From an uncultured Chloroflexia bacterium (GTDB taxonomy: Bacteria; Chloroflexota; Anaerolineae; CG2-30-64-16): 64,000 bases of DNA. The notes beneath the pieces were generated by a model, which was not told the DNA's origin, did not search any database, and saw nothing but the letters and a program-made list of their open reading frames with translations. Position numbers and translations under genes: made by a program. Of the stretch, positions 18,404 through 30,484 are shown piece by piece. How positions within the stretch are numbered: the stretch's first letter is position 1; each line of letters starts with the position of its first letter. The stretch covers positions 32,001 to 96,000 of the forward strand of contig CAVZDU010000007.1 of assembly GCA_963774265.1 (NCBI GenBank), read 5' to 3'.

Positions 18404-21044
18404 TTAACTCACGTCGCCGCTGCCGCGCCAGAAGGCCGTAACCTGGGCCGCCAGCATGGAGTGCTCGGGCAGACTCAAGGTGGGGTCGAACGCAAACAAC
18501 GCCTGGGCCGCCGTCCGGGCGTCTTCCAGGGTGCGTAAGTCGCTCAACTGCGCAGTCTTGAGCGGTGGCAGCCCGCTCTGTCGCACACCGAAAAAGTCGC
18601 CTGGGCCGCGTAGATCCAGGTCGATCTGGGCCAGTGCGAAGCCATCGGTGCTTCCTTCCAGGGCCTGGAGGCGTTGTACACTATCCCCCTCAGCTACGTC
18701 GGAGACCAGGATGCAGTACGAGGCGGACTCTCCGCGGCCCACGCGGCCGCGGAATTGGTGCAATTGGGCCAGACCGAAGCGTTCTGCGCCTTCAATCATG
18801 ATCACGGTGGCGTTCGGCACGTCAATGCCTACCTCAACTACGGACGTCGCCACCAGGATGTCAAGTTCACCCGCACTGAAGGCGCGCATGACCACGTCCT
18901 TCTCGTCACCCCTGAGCCTTCCGTGGAGCAGGCCGACCTGAAGATCCGGGAAGATCGTGTCGTGCAGGCGGGTATGCTCCTCAACGGCCGCTGCGCGACT
19001 CACTTCCAGCGGACTCCTCCACCAAGGGATAGATGATGAAGGCCTGGCGGCCCTCCTGCACCTGGCGTCTGATGAACCCATATGCCCGTTCACGTTGGGA
19101 TGAGGTGAGCCATTTCGTGCGGATAGGCGTGCGCCCCGCAGGCATTTCGTCGATGACCGAGACATCCAAATCACCATACAGGGTGAGCGCTAAAGACCGC
19201 GGGATGGGCGTTGCGCTCATGACAAGCATATGCGGCTGGATGCCTTTCTGGCGAAGGGCCGCGCGTTGCTCCACGCCAAAGCGGTGTTGCTCGTCAACTA
19301 CGACGACCGCCAGATTTTGGAACTCCACACCCTTCTGTATCAACGCATGGGTGCCGATCGCGATGTGCGCATCGCCGTTGGCGAGGGCGGCAAGTGCCTC
19401 TGCGCGCCGCGACGCGCTCATACCGCCCGTCAGTAGGACCACACTAACAGGCGCCCCACTCGCAGGGTGAGTCAGTGACTCGAACATTGTGCCGAAGGAG
19501 CGTGCGTGTTGTTCAGCCAGGATTTCAGTCGGAGCCATGATGGCGCCCTGGCATCCGTTGGCCACCGCAAGCCATAGCGCAGCGGCTGCGACTGCCGTCT
19601 TTCCTGACCCGACATCACCCTGGAGCAGCCGGCCCATCGGCCGCTCATTTGTCAGATCGCGCGTGATTTCCGTCAAGGCGCGGCTCTGTGCCGGGGTCAT
19701 GTCGAATGGCAGCGCGGCCAGGAAGGGCGCAAGCAGTTCGTCGCTGACAGGCAAGGGTCTGCCCGGCGCGCCCTGAAAGCGCTGCCGCGCTGCGAGTACG
19801 CCAAGCTGCAGCACCAGGAACTCATCGAAGCTCAGGCGGCGATGAGCGGCAGCGACCAGTTCGCTGTTATCAGGGAAGTGAATCTGCGAGATGGCTTGGG
19901 CTAAGGTCATCAGAGCGTAAGTCTCGCGCGTGGTCGCTGGGAGGAAGTCAGGCAGGTCCGCGCCCCATGCGTCGAGCGCGAGCTTGATCACATTGCGCAG
20001 CCAGCGCGCACTCAGACCTTCGGTGAGAGGGTAAACGGGCGCCAGGCGCCCGGTGCTCAGCAGGGTCCGATCCAGCGGCTCGAACTCAGGATTGCGCATA
20101 ACTACGGCGCTTCGATGAGTCTCGACTTTGCCGCCGAACGAATATGCCTGACCGACGCGCAACTGCTTTTCGATCCATGGATTGAACCAGGTCATCTGCA
20201 TCTCGCCGGTGCCGTCACCCACGCGAGCGGTGACCAGTTTTCGATTATTGCCGATTTCGCGCGCCTTGATATCCCAGACCGTCCCGATGACGGTGGCCTC
20301 CTCACCGGACTTTAGCCGATTAATGGTGCGAAGCTGGCTGAAATCATCGTAACGGTGAGGGAAGAGATACAGCAGATCACGCACGGTCTCCACGCCCAGC
20401 TTGGCAAGCTTACTGGCGTAGGCCGGACCGATGTTGGGCAGGCGGATGACAGGCGCATCGAGGCCCGGTGCTGGGGGACGCGACGAGCTTCGCGGCTCTG
20501 GTCGGAGCTCAGTCCTCAATTCGTGGCGCGACTCCGGACGAGCCTCAGAGCTTTGGGGAGCAGGCTGGACCTCGGGCAACGGCAGATCAATCGCGGGCTC
20601 ATGAACTGGCTCTGCCAAAGGTGGCGCCAGCGGGCGGGTCTCTACAGACTGCGGAGTGGCAGGTTTGGTGACCTTCGGGAACAGCGGCTCAATCGGGCGA
20701 TCCTTGGAACGTTCAGTACTCGATAGCTCCTCTGCGCCTGCCGGAGTGGCGGCTGGGCTGACTTCAGGTTGTTCAGGGCCAACTGCTTCATCGTTCAACG
20801 ACTGCGCCCGGCGAACGATCAGGTCGAGGATACGTTCGCGTGCCGCGCGATCCTCCACGACTGCGTAGCCGAGCAGCAGCGATACGATTTCGCCGATCAC
20901 CGCACCATTCGGCGCCTCAGCGCGGGCATCAGCTTCCCAACGACTGACGAATTTATCCAGACCGCCGATGACGGCCTTGTTGCGATAGCCCTGCTTCCGC
21001 TCCAGATCCAGGACTTTGAGCAAACGATTGATAGCGCTATCCAT
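18404..21044 (-). CDS. recG: ATP-dependent DNA helicase RecG; frameshift near 19000
   Basis: [24 protein letters not shown]; continues [24 protein letters not shown] in ORF 18404..19177. Confidence 0.93.
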
Positions 21045-21059
21045 AGTTGCCTCAGCCCG

Positions 21060-21908
21060 TCACCGGCTGCCTTCGTGTACCATCACGCCGAGCGCGCGCG
21101 GCCCAATGTGGACCGCAAGCGAAGGCGTATAGCCCACGACTGGGAACTCCTGGCGCGGGAACGCGTCTTCCAACCGTTCCAGAAGTTGTGCCGCCTCAGT
21201 CTCGAAGCCGTTGTGCACCAGGTAGAGCTGTTCGATTCGGGAGAACTCGATCACGAAATCGTATAGCTCATCGACCGCGCGGCTGTAGCTGCGGACCTTT
21301 TCCATAGGGATCAGATCGCCGTCTTCCATGGTGGCGAGTGGCTTGAGATCGAGCATCCTGCCGAGCAAAGTCTGGGCGGGGCCCAGGCGCCCCCACGCCT
21401 CCAGGTATTCGAGGGAATCGGAAAAAAACATGGCGTACATGTGCGGGATCATTCCGCGTATAATCTTGACAACCTCGGCTTGGGAAGCCCCCTCGGCTGC
21501 CGCACGCGCCGCGGCTTCTACGATAATGCCCAGTGCCACAGAGGTGGTTTGCGTGTCGAGCACGACGATGCGTTGGCGGCCCATGAAGCCGGATGACGCG
21601 CGTCGTGCAATGTCACCGACGTCGTTAAGCGCGGTGGACGCGTGAATGCACACCACGCTGTCGGTGACCTGGCCCAGCCGCGCAAACAATTGTTGCACTT
21701 GCGCAATTTTGGGTGATTCGACCGACCCACTCTTGCTGTCCTGGCTGAGCCGGCGCATGAACACTTCATCGGTATGGTTAATGCGCTCTGGGTATGTTTG
21801 CTGCCCTAAGCGAACAACCAGTGGAAGCACCTCGATGCCCAATTGAGCGATCGAGGCGGATTGCGGCAGATATGCACTGCTATCCGTGACTATTTTGACC
21901 TGTGCCAC
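21060..21908 (-). CDS. DegV family fatty-acid-binding protein (FakB-like)
   Basis: KIVTDSS, LEYL..GRL, LKP, HIGP. Confidence 0.9.
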   Translation of the reverse strand: MAQVKIVTDSSAYLPQSASIAQLGIEVLPLVVRLGQQTYPERINHTDEVFMRRLSQDSKSGSVESPKIAQVQQLFARLGQVTDSVVCIHASTALNDVGDIARRASSGFMGRQRIVVLDTQTTSVALGIIVEAAARAAAEGASQAEVVKIIRGMIPHMYAMFFSDSLEYLEAWGRLGPAQTLLGRMLDLKPLATMEDGDLIPMEKVRSYSRAVDELYDFVIEFSRIEQLYLVHNGFETEAAQLLERLEDAFPRQEFPVVGYTPSLAVHIGPRALGVMVHEGSR

Positions 21909-21924
21909 TTCGGCCCTCGTGTTC

Positions 21925-23725
21925 TTACTCGGCGGAAATGATGTAATGATAAAAAGGCTGCCCGCCCTCAACAACCTCAATCTCCTGATCGGGATAGAGC
22001 TCACTCAATACTTTTCGGAGATCATCGGCTTGTTGTGCAGTGACGGGCTCGCCGTAGTACAGCGTGATGACCTCCAGATTGACTGCGTCCATCTGCTCCA
22101 GCAGGCGACGCACCACCTCCTCGGCGCTGCCGCCAGCGATCGTCAATTGGTCGTTAAGCAGGCCGATGATGTCGCCAGACTGGACGTTGATGCCATCGAA
22201 GCGTGCATTTTGCACCGCGACGGTTACCTCGCCGGTGCGTACGTTCTTGGTCGCTGCAGTCATGGCCGTCAGATTGTGCGCCAGGTCGCTGTGCGGGTTG
22301 AGCGCAAGCAGCGCGCTGATGCCCTGGGGAATGCTCCTGCTAGGAACGACCGCAACGTTCTTGCCTTCGCCCGCGGCGAGCGCCTGCGCCTGGCTGGCTG
22401 CCATGATGATGTTGCTGTTGTTCGGCAGCAACAGCACGTCGGACACGGGCAGCCGGCGGATTGCCTCCAGCAGGTCCTGCGTGCTCGGGTTCATGGTCTG
22501 TCCGCCAGCGATGACGCAGTGCGTGCCTAGGCTCTTGAATACCTTCGCCAGGCCTATGCCGGGTGCAACAGCTACCACACCCGGCCCTTCGATCGCATCG
22601 GTGTCACATCCAACCGGCGACGGCTCGCTGATGGCCGCGCTCGGTTTGGGAATCATCCCGGAGGGATTCGAAGCGTGGGGGCAGGGGGTCATAACCCGCT
22701 GGCATGTCGGGAAGCTGCATATCGTCCATGTTTTCCACGACGACGTCAGAGACGAAGCCAAGACCGATCGCGTAGGCTAACGGTACGCCGGGATTGGGCA
22801 CGTGAACATGCACCTTGACCAGGGTCTCATCGCCTTCGACGAGGGGACAGTCGCCCATCGCGGTAATCCGCTCGCGGATGGCTCCCACATCCAGGTCCTG
22901 AGCCTCGACAAGGAACTGCACGTCGAAACCGTAAACCAGGGGCGGCAGTTCTCGTTTACCCTTTACCGGCCGGGGCGCCGCAGCCGGTGCGGCGGTCACC
23001 GCAGCAACGCCCTCGGCAGCGACCGAGACGCCGCTGACCTCGCGATAGATACCCTCAAGGATGTAAAAAAGACCCTTACCGCCGCTATCGACCTTGCCGG
23101 CTCGTGCAAGCACGGGTAGTAGATTCGGCGTGTTTGCCACCGCGCGATCTGCCGCACGGACGGTCTGCGCAAGCACTGAGGAGAGGTCAGCATCGGTTTC
23201 GGCCGCACTTTCAGCAGCCGCTGCCGCCTCGCGGGCGACGGTCAGGATTGTACCCTCGACGGGGCGGTTGACGCCCTTGTAGGCAACACGGCTGCCCTCG
23301 GCCAGCGCCGCAGCGAACGCAGGGCCGGTGAGCATCACGTGCTCGGCCAGGCTCTTGGACATGCCGCGCAAGATCTGTGAAAGGATCACACCCGAGTTGC
23401 CGCGCGCGCCCATCAGCGCGCCGTGCGCGGCGGCCTTGACGACATCGCCCACAGTCGCAGTGTGTTCCTCCGTGACTTCCCGGCAGGCAGACTTCATGGT
23501 CAACAGCATGTTCGTGCCGGTGTCGCCGTCTGGGACCGGAAACACGTTTAGCGCGTTGACGATCTCATGGTGTTGCTCCAGCCAGGATTGCGCCGCATAG
23601 AGTAATTCGCGGAAACGCGGTCCCGCGACAGCTGACTGTGCGCCGCGTTCAGTCCCGGCCTCGGGGTCACCAGGGGTCGCCTGGGCGGGACGATTGTTTA
23701 CTGCCAACGTACGATTCCTCCGCAA
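21925..23725 (-). CDS. DAK2 domain fatty acid kinase FakA/YloV; frameshift near 22660
   Basis: LNVFPVPDGDTGTNM, GARGNSGVILSQ, VKVHVH; GGQTMNPS, LPNNSNI, GGQPFYHY. Confidence 0.92.
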
Positions 23726-23748
23726 TTAGGCATCCTAAAACAGGAAAA

Positions 23749-24105
23749 TCAGTCGCCGTTGGGCATACGCAAGCCCTGGACGTGCACATTTACCTCAGCC
23801 ACTGGCACGCCGAGCGCTTGCTCCAACGCATACTGTACCCCGTGCATCACACCATGAGCCACTTCCGAGATGCGCGTGCCGTATTGGACGATGACGTAGA
23901 GGTCCACGATGATCTCCCCGTCTCGCACGCGAACGTCAACCCCGCGGCCCCAGCGGTCGGGCTGGAGCAGATCCGCGATACCGTCGATCAAATTCTTATT
24001 GGCCATGCCCACCACGCCATAACAGCGCAGGACGGCCTCACCGGCAAGGGTTGCGATCGCCTGGGGCGAGATTTCGATTCTGCCCGGTTGTCTCTCCTCA
24101 GTCAT
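23749..24105 (-). CDS. Asp23/Gls24 family protein (YloU-like)
   Basis: GRIEIS..CYGVVGM..YGTRISEV..VNVHVQG. Confidence 0.9.
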   Translation of the reverse strand: MTEERQPGRIEISPQAIATLAGEAVLRCYGVVGMANKNLIDGIADLLQPDRWGRGVDVRVRDGEIIVDLYVIVQYGTRISEVAHGVMHGVQYALEQALGVPVAEVNVHVQGLRMPNGD

Positions 24106-24134
24106 ACCATGCCCTTTCTCAGTGACAGTCAGTT

Positions 24135-24163
24135 TTGCACAACTGGTCGCCATGTGGTACTAT
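24135..24163 (+). promoter_or_regulatory. Sigma70 promoter for rpmB
   Basis: TTGCAC-N17-TACTAT with TG extension. Confidence 0.55.
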
Positions 24164-24242
24164 GGCGTTACTTGTGGCCGGGCCCTCCTAGGTTGGCTCG
24201 GTCAACGTTTGTCAGGACATCGAGCACTAGTGGGGGTATCAC

Positions 24243-24425
24243 ATGGCCAAGTGTGAAGTTTGCGGCAAGGGGCCACAGTTTGGGCACAATGTCAGCCATT
24301 CCATGCGCCACACCAAGCGCATCTGGAAACCCAACGTTCAGCGCATGCGCCTGCCGGTAGACGGTGTCGAGCGGAAGGTGTACATCTGCACGAACTGCAT
24401 CAAGACGATGCAGAAACCTGCCTGA
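24243..24425 (+). CDS. rpmB: 50S ribosomal protein L28
   Basis: MAKCEVCGK..GHNVSHS..TKRIWKPNVQ..CTNC. Confidence 0.96.
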   Translation: MAKCEVCGKGPQFGHNVSHSMRHTKRIWKPNVQRMRLPVDGVERKVYICTNCIKTMQKPA

Positions 24426-24477
24426 GACGCTCTTGCAAAAGATGCACGCGGCCGGCGACATCGCCGGCTGTTTGCTT

Positions 24478-25146
24478 TTAATGAGCCGGCGATGTCGCTG
24501 ATTGCCTGAGCGCGCTGATGCCCCCAGCGACACCGTCTTTGTGTTTGAACACAGCCGTACCGGCGACTAGCACGTTGGCGCCAGCCCCTACGACCTCGGC
24601 CGCAGTGTCCTCCTCAATGCCCCCATCCACCTCAATATCGATCTCACGCCCAATCTTTCGGATCATCTCCCGTAACCGAGCGATCTTGTCGGTCATGGTG
24701 GGAATGTAGGTCTGCCCGCCGAAGCCTGGGTTGACAGACATGATCAGCACCTGGTCGACGTAAGGCAGAATCTCGGACACCGTGTCGAGAGAAGTAGCAG
24801 GGTTAAGGGTGACGCTTGGCAGCGCGCCCAACTCGCGTATCTGTTGGACCGCGCGGTGCAGATGGGCGCACGCTTCGACGTGAATGGTGAGGATCGATGC
24901 GCCGGCCTGCGCGAAGTCCGCCAGGTAGCGCTCGGGTGCGGCGATCATCAGATGGACATCTAGCGGCAGCCGTGTGACTTTCTTCAGCGCAGCCACGACG
25001 GGCAAGCCGATGCTGATGTTGGGTACAAACTGGCCATCCATCACGTCGACATGTATGTAGTCGGCCCCGCCGGCTTCGGCGGCCTGGACTGCCTCTCCCA
25101 GATGGGCGAAATCGGCGGCAAGAATGGACGGCGCAATCTTAATCAT
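24478..25146 (-). CDS. rpe: Ribulose-phosphate 3-epimerase
   Basis: IAPSILAADF, HVDVMDG, MSVNPGFGGQ, EVDGG. Confidence 0.96.
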   Translation of the reverse strand: MIKIAPSILAADFAHLGEAVQAAEAGGADYIHVDVMDGQFVPNISIGLPVVAALKKVTRLPLDVHLMIAAPERYLADFAQAGASILTIHVEACAHLHRAVQQIRELGALPSVTLNPATSLDTVSEILPYVDQVLIMSVNPGFGGQTYIPTMTDKIARLREMIRKIGREIDIEVDGGIEEDTAAEVVGAGANVLVAGTAVFKHKDGVAGGISALRQSATSPAH

Positions 25147-25383
25147 CACTTTCCCCTGTGGCAGGCACACGCCTTCGTGTGCTGCATATTCACTAAACGT
25201 CACATAGTAGAGCCGAACACATATGGTCCGGCTCAAAGCTCGCACAATAATACAATGGAACTCCCCAATTCGCAAAGGGATGCGTACGAAACTTTTGGGG
25301 CAGGCATGCGTAGAGAAAGGTAGTGTCAGGCAATGGGACGGCGCGACGCGTCGTCATCGCCGGAGATTTTTGGGGAGGGCACC

Positions 25384-25878
25384 ATGACCGAGGAACCGAA
25401 GGTTGAAGAGACAATGGGTGAAACACCCATGAGCGAAGAACCCAAAGTCGAGCAGAACATCGCGGACGAGCTCGAGCGGCTGGGCCAACAGCTAGCCAGA
25501 ACGGCGAAGGCTGCGTGGGAAAGCGACGAGCGCAAAAAGCTGCAGACGGAGATCACGACGGGCGTGCAGCGCTTCGGTCAAGAAGTCGGCGCGGCGTTTG
25601 AAAAGGCCACGGCGAGCGATCAGGCCAAGGAGCTTCGCACTCGTGCTGAGAAGGTCGCCACGGATGTCCAGAAGACCGATGTCGTCGATGAAGTGCGTAA
25701 GGGTCTCCTGGTGGGACTTGAGGCCATTAATCGCGAGCTCGGCAAGTTACTGGAGCGGCTAGAGCCGAAGGCGGGGGAGACCGAGGTGGGCGAGCAGTTG
25801 ATGGATCTGGCTGTAGGCGATACAGTTGAGGGGCTGGAGACGCCAGCCGCGCCGGAGGAGGCGCAGCCGTTCGAATAA
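25384..25878 (+). CDS. Hypothetical acidic coiled-coil protein
   Basis: GGAGG SD; ELERLGQQL..AAWESDERKKLQ helical ORF. Confidence 0.7.
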   Translation: MTEEPKVEETMGETPMSEEPKVEQNIADELERLGQQLARTAKAAWESDERKKLQTEITTGVQRFGQEVGAAFEKATASDQAKELRTRAEKVATDVQKTDVVDEVRKGLLVGLEAINRELGKLLERLEPKAGETEVGEQLMDLAVGDTVEGLETPAAPEEAQPFE

Positions 25879-25967
25879 GTGCCAGTCCAGAGCTAAGAAA
25901 CTGAGAGCCAGCACGCCTGGGCATCAGCCCGACGCGCTGGCTCTCTTCGTCTATCCGCAGGAGGAGC

Positions 25968-26792
25968 ATGACGATCAATCAACGCATCGCATTCATTGGT
26001 GGCGGACACATCACGGAGATCATCCTGCATCGTTTGCAACAGGGGCACGTGATGCCACCGGCGCGAATCATCGTGAGCGATCGTGACGAGGGGCGTCTGC
26101 ACTACCTGGAAGGGCTTTTCGGGATAGAGGCCACGCTGGACAATGTGATCGCCGCGCAGCGTGGGGACCTGATCTTCATCAACTTGCGGCCGCAAGCCGT
26201 GGCCGTGGTCCTGCCCGATCTACAGATAGCGCGGTTACGCACAGACCAGGTCGTGATCTCACTGGCCGCGGGAATCCCGTTAAGCCGTTACGCTCCACTG
26301 GGAGAGCTTCAGCCCCTGGTCAGGGCTCTGCCCAATCCACCCAGCCAAATCGGGCAAGGGATCGCTGCCCTGGTTTACAGTCCGCAGGTCACTGCCGAAC
26401 AGCGCCAAAACGTGCGATCCCTGTTTGACGCGCTGGGCCAGGTCGTGGAGGTAGATGAATCCTATCTCAACGTGATCACGTCGCTTAGCAGCCCGGTGGC
26501 AACGCACCTGTTTTTTCAAGCGCTGATTGACGCTGGCGTTCGTTGTGGCCTGCCGCGCTCGGTGTCCACCCAGGTGGCCAGCCAGACGATCATCGGGTCG
26601 ATGGGTATGTGGCAAGCGCGCAACGCGCCACCCTACGACCTTATCAGCGAAGCGAGCACACCAGGCGGCATCTCAGTGGAGAGTCTGTACGCGCTGGAAG
26701 AACATGCGTTTAAGGCTGCCATCATGGATGCAATCGCCAGAGGTGCGGATCGAGCCAAGGCGCTGGGGCAGGAGTCCGCCGGTCCCGGATAA
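25968..26792 (+). CDS. proC: Pyrroline-5-carboxylate reductase
   Basis: IAFIGGG, ISLAAG, VRALPN, STPGG. Confidence 0.85.
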   Translation: MTINQRIAFIGGGHITEIILHRLQQGHVMPPARIIVSDRDEGRLHYLEGLFGIEATLDNVIAAQRGDLIFINLRPQAVAVVLPDLQIARLRTDQVVISLAAGIPLSRYAPLGELQPLVRALPNPPSQIGQGIAALVYSPQVTAEQRQNVRSLFDALGQVVEVDESYLNVITSLSSPVATHLFFQALIDAGVRCGLPRSVSTQVASQTIIGSMGMWQARNAPPYDLISEASTPGGISVESLYALEEHAFKAAIMDAIARGADRAKALGQESAGPG

Positions 26793-26803
26793 TGAGATGG
26801 AGC

Positions 26804-28225
26804 TTATTGCTCCGCCATCTGCTGAAACACGTTCCAACTCGCCTTTGCCAGGTCCTGCATCGTCGGGTTGGAGTAGGCCCACTCCAGCCACGTGGGGCGG
26901 TAGAGGAAGACGGTCAGGATGTAGGGCCCGGCGGGACCCCAGATCGCCGCGACGTCACCGTGGGTGTCAGGCACATAGCCGTGTTTGTGGACGGCCTTAG
27001 CGTCCTTTGGCAAACCGCCGACCAGCAGTTCGGTCATTTCGTTGAACGACATGAAGTGAAGCGCCTGCTGGCACTCCTCAGGTGTGATCTGGTCGCCATA
27101 GACTGCGATCAGCGTGCCGCCGCCTTCGCTGCACGCAACGAGCATCTGGAGCGCGCTGCCGATGTCGCGTGGGGTGGTCTGCATATAAGGGTCGGGTTCC
27201 GTATTGATGTGTGTGCGCTGGTTCGCCTCAGTCACGATCCGCGGGGTGACGGCCAGCTTGCGGTCGTAGGGGGTGGCCATGAAGGTGTTCTTCATGTCCA
27301 GCGTCTTGAACGACCGATTCATCTCCGCAACGCCCGCATCCCAGTCCCCATTGCCGATCAAGCCGAGCATGAGGTTCGCGGTGAAGTTGCCGCTGTGCAT
27401 CATCGTTTCGCTGATGATTTTGCTCGTCTCGATCCCGGGCGGGGCGTCCAGCTTTCGGTAAAGCTGGGTGAGGATGGGAATTTTGAGGGTGCTCGTCCCC
27501 GCATAGGCCACGTCCGCGTTGATGGCAATCTCCTCACCGGTGGGCAGGTAGTGCAGCCAGACGCTGCCGATGCCGGGGAACTCGTCGAGCCGGGCTTGTA
27601 GCAGGGAGCCGAGAGCCTCAACACCGATCGGGAGCGGCGGGGTTTCCTTGACCGGCAACCGCACCGTGCGACTGCTGGGGTTCGCCAGTGCGGCCAGGAT
27701 GGCCGTCTTGGCGCCCGAGCGTTCCGTCTCCAGGCCAGGCTTGCCGGGCGTCAGTGTGAGCGATTCGAGCACCGGGATGGGCGCGCCCGGCGCTCGATCG
27801 TGCGTTGCGATCATCTCGTCGAGCCAGGTCTCCAGCGCCGCGTCGTCATAGCTGAACTTGAGCGGGATTTCGAGGGTGCGTGGAGTGCGCTCCAGCGAGT
27901 TCTCGACCAGGTACCGCACGAGGTGATTCGGCAGATCCAGGGCTTGCGCCTCTTTTATCATGGCGTATGGGTCGACCTGGAAACCGACGGTCTCGGGGCG
28001 GAGGACAAGGCGCTCATCGCCGTGGAGTAGTTCGAGCGGCTCGTCCAGCCCTCGCGTCAGGGAGACGATGGCTTCGCTCTCGGTCGCGCCGTGCACTTCC
28101 AGCCCACCAATACGCACCCACGCCGGCACCACGCCAGCCGTGCGGCGATAGCGGATGTACGGCAATGCGAGCAGAGCAACCGCAACCAGAAACAGGATCA
28201 GCAGAACGCGAAGGACTCTACGCAT
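26804..28225 (-). CDS. Membrane-anchored serine hydrolase (class A beta-lactamase-like) with peptidoglycan-binding_4-like region
   Basis: N-terminal TM; STLK (SxxK), SGN, HKHG motifs. Confidence 0.8.
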   Translation of the reverse strand: MRRVLRVLLILFLVAVALLALPYIRYRRTAGVVPAWVRIGGLEVHGATESEAIVSLTRGLDEPLELLHGDERLVLRPETVGFQVDPYAMIKEAQALDLPNHLVRYLVENSLERTPRTLEIPLKFSYDDAALETWLDEMIATHDRAPGAPIPVLESLTLTPGKPGLETERSGAKTAILAALANPSSRTVRLPVKETPPLPIGVEALGSLLQARLDEFPGIGSVWLHYLPTGEEIAINADVAYAGTSTLKIPILTQLYRKLDAPPGIETSKIISETMMHSGNFTANLMLGLIGNGDWDAGVAEMNRSFKTLDMKNTFMATPYDRKLAVTPRIVTEANQRTHINTEPDPYMQTTPRDIGSALQMLVACSEGGGTLIAVYGDQITPEECQQALHFMSFNEMTELLVGGLPKDAKAVHKHGYVPDTHGDVAAIWGPAGPYILTVFLYRPTWLEWAYSNPTMQDLAKASWNVFQQMAEQ

Positions 28226-29787
28226 CTACTCCCATTCGATGGTCGCGGGCGGCTTGGAACTCACATCATAGACGACGCGATTCACACCGGCGACCTCGTT
28301 GACGATACGGTTGCTGACACGGGCGAGCAGATCGTACGGAAGCCGCGCCCAATCCGCGGTCATAAAATCATCGGTAGTGACCGCGCGGATGGCCGCCGTG
28401 TCGGCATAGGTGCGGCCGTCGCCCATGACTCCCACCGAACGAACCGGCAGCAGCACCACGAACGACTGCGACACAGAGCGATACAGGCCGGCCGCGCGCA
28501 GTTCTTCGAGCAGGATCGCGTCGGCATGACGCAAAGTCTCCAGCCGTTCCCAGGTCACTTCGCCAATGATGCGGATGGCCAGGCCGGGGCCGGGGAAAGG
28601 ATGGCGCCAGACGATCTCCTCGGGCAGACCAAGCGCTTCGCCGACCACGCGGACCTCGTCCTTGAACAGGCTGCGCAGCGGCTCGATGAGTCGGAACTGC
28701 ATGTCCTCAGGCAGGCCGCCGACGTTGTGATGCGTTTTGATCGTGTGCGCGGTGCGCTGCTCGCCCCGGCTGGCCGATTCGATGACATCGGGATAGAGGG
28801 TGCCTTGTGCCAGGAACGTGGCTCGTTCGCCTTCCGTTTCTGCGGCTTTGGCCGCGGCAGCCTCAAACACGTGCGCACGAAACGCGTCCCTATGCGCTTC
28901 CGTTTTTGTTCGGGATCGGCGACGCCGGCCAGGTCGGCGAGGAATTCCTCAACCGCATTAACCGCGATGAGATGCATGCCCATGTGGCGTTGGAAGGTCT
29001 CTACAACCTGTGCCGCTTCGCCCAGGCGCAACAGCCCGTGGTCCACGAACACGCAGGTGAGTTGATCGCCCACCGCGCGTTGGACCAGAGAGGCCGTCAC
29101 CGCCGAATCTACGCCACCACTCAGCCCGCAGATGACGCGCGCGTTGCCGATCTGCTCCCGGATCGTGCTCTCGGCGTCTGCGATCAGGTTCGCCGCAGTC
29201 CAGTCGGGACGGCATCCGCAAATATCCAGTACGAAGTTGTGCAGCAGGGCCTTTCCCTGGGGCGTGTGCTGCACCTCGGGGTGAAATTGGACACCATAGA
29301 CCCCGACCGCGGGATCGCCCATCGCCGCTACTGAGGATGGCGTGACCCCCAATGGCGTGAATGAAGGCGGCAGAGCCACGACGTGATCGCCGTGGCTCAT
29401 CCACACATTCAGTTCGAGCGGCAGACCGCGTAGGAGCGGTGCGTCTTCCGCCACAATAGTCATACTGGCCTGGCCGTACTCGTGGCGTTCGGAGGGATCG
29501 ACGCGTCCACCGAGGTTGTGCGCCAGGAGCTGCATACCGTAGCAGATGCCGAGCACCGGTTTGCCCGACCCGAGCACGAACTCGGGGAGGCGTGGGGCAT
29601 CGGGGGCATAAACGCTGGCCGGGCCGCCGGAAAGGATGAAACCCCTCGGGTTCAGGTTTGCGAAACGCTCGGATGGCGCGTCCCAGGGGAGTAGCTCACA
29701 GTAGACGTGCAGCTCACGCACCCGGCGAGCGATGAGCTGAGCGGTCTGCGACCCATAGTCGAGGATGGCGATGGCGTCGTGTTTCAT
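28226..29787 (-). CDS. guaA: GMP synthase (glutamine-hydrolysing); frameshift near 28870
   Basis: GICYGMQ, QFHPEV, SGGVDS; then [31 protein letters not shown]. Confidence 0.95.
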
Positions 29788-30356
29788 TCTTCCAGGGTGA
29801 TCTTGCCGTTATCCATGGCCGTAATCACGGCCAGGGTTTCGATCGGCACCTCGAGGTCGGCCAGGGCCTCGCGACCGCCCTCGAAGCGTTTTTCGATCAC
29901 CGCGCCGATGCCAATCAACTGCGCACCGGAATTCTGAACCAGGCGCACCAGTGCGCGGATGGTCTCTCCGCGCGCCAGGAAATCATCGATCACCAGAACG
30001 TGATCGCGGGGGCCGAGAAACTCGGGGGAGATCATCAACTCAGTCATTACGCCCTTGGTGTGCGACGGTGCGGAGGCGGTCATGGCGTTGGGGTGCATGG
30101 TGACCGGCTTGGTCTTGCGCGCGTAGACGACGGGAATCCCCAGGGCCAGGGCTGTGGTGAGCGCAGGCGCGATGCCGCTGATCTCCGCGGTCACAATCTT
30201 GTTGGCGCCCAGGTGAGCGAAACGCGCTGCGAGCGCGCCACCGACAGCGAGCATCAGCGCCGGGTCCACCTGGTGATTAATGAAGCTGTCAACTTTCAGA
30301 ATGCCTTTTCCGAGGTTGACGCCGTCGCGACGGATTCGATCCTTCAGAAGTTCCAT
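29784..30356 (-). CDS. xpt: Xanthine phosphoribosyltransferase
   Basis: [32 protein letters not shown]. Confidence 0.93.
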   Translation of the reverse strand: MELLKDRIRRDGVNLGKGILKVDSFINHQVDPALMLAVGGALAARFAHLGANKIVTAEISGIAPALTTALALGIPVVYARKTKPVTMHPNAMTASAPSHTKGVMTELMISPEFLGPRDHVLVIDDFLARGETIRALVRLVQNSGAQLIGIGAVIEKRFEGGREALADLEVPIETLAVITAMDNGKITLEE

Positions 30357-30484
30357 CGGGGTACTCCTTCCCGTGCGGTGCTAAAACGCATTGTAGGCTG
30401 TCGGGTCAAAAAGGGCAAAACGAGCAGGCAAATCGCGAGGAACGACGTGCGGCCACAGCTTGCAAGATGCGCCAGATGCCCGCG

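Noticed and set aside
26804-28225. Beta-lactam resistance gene
   Set aside because: Membrane-anchored with a PG-binding region and non-canonical SGN/KHG motifs; more likely a cell-wall enzyme.
30357-30484. Purine riboswitch upstream of xpt-guaA
   Set aside because: No purine aptamer consensus; a TTGCCC..TACAAT promoter lies close to the start, leaving only a short leader.
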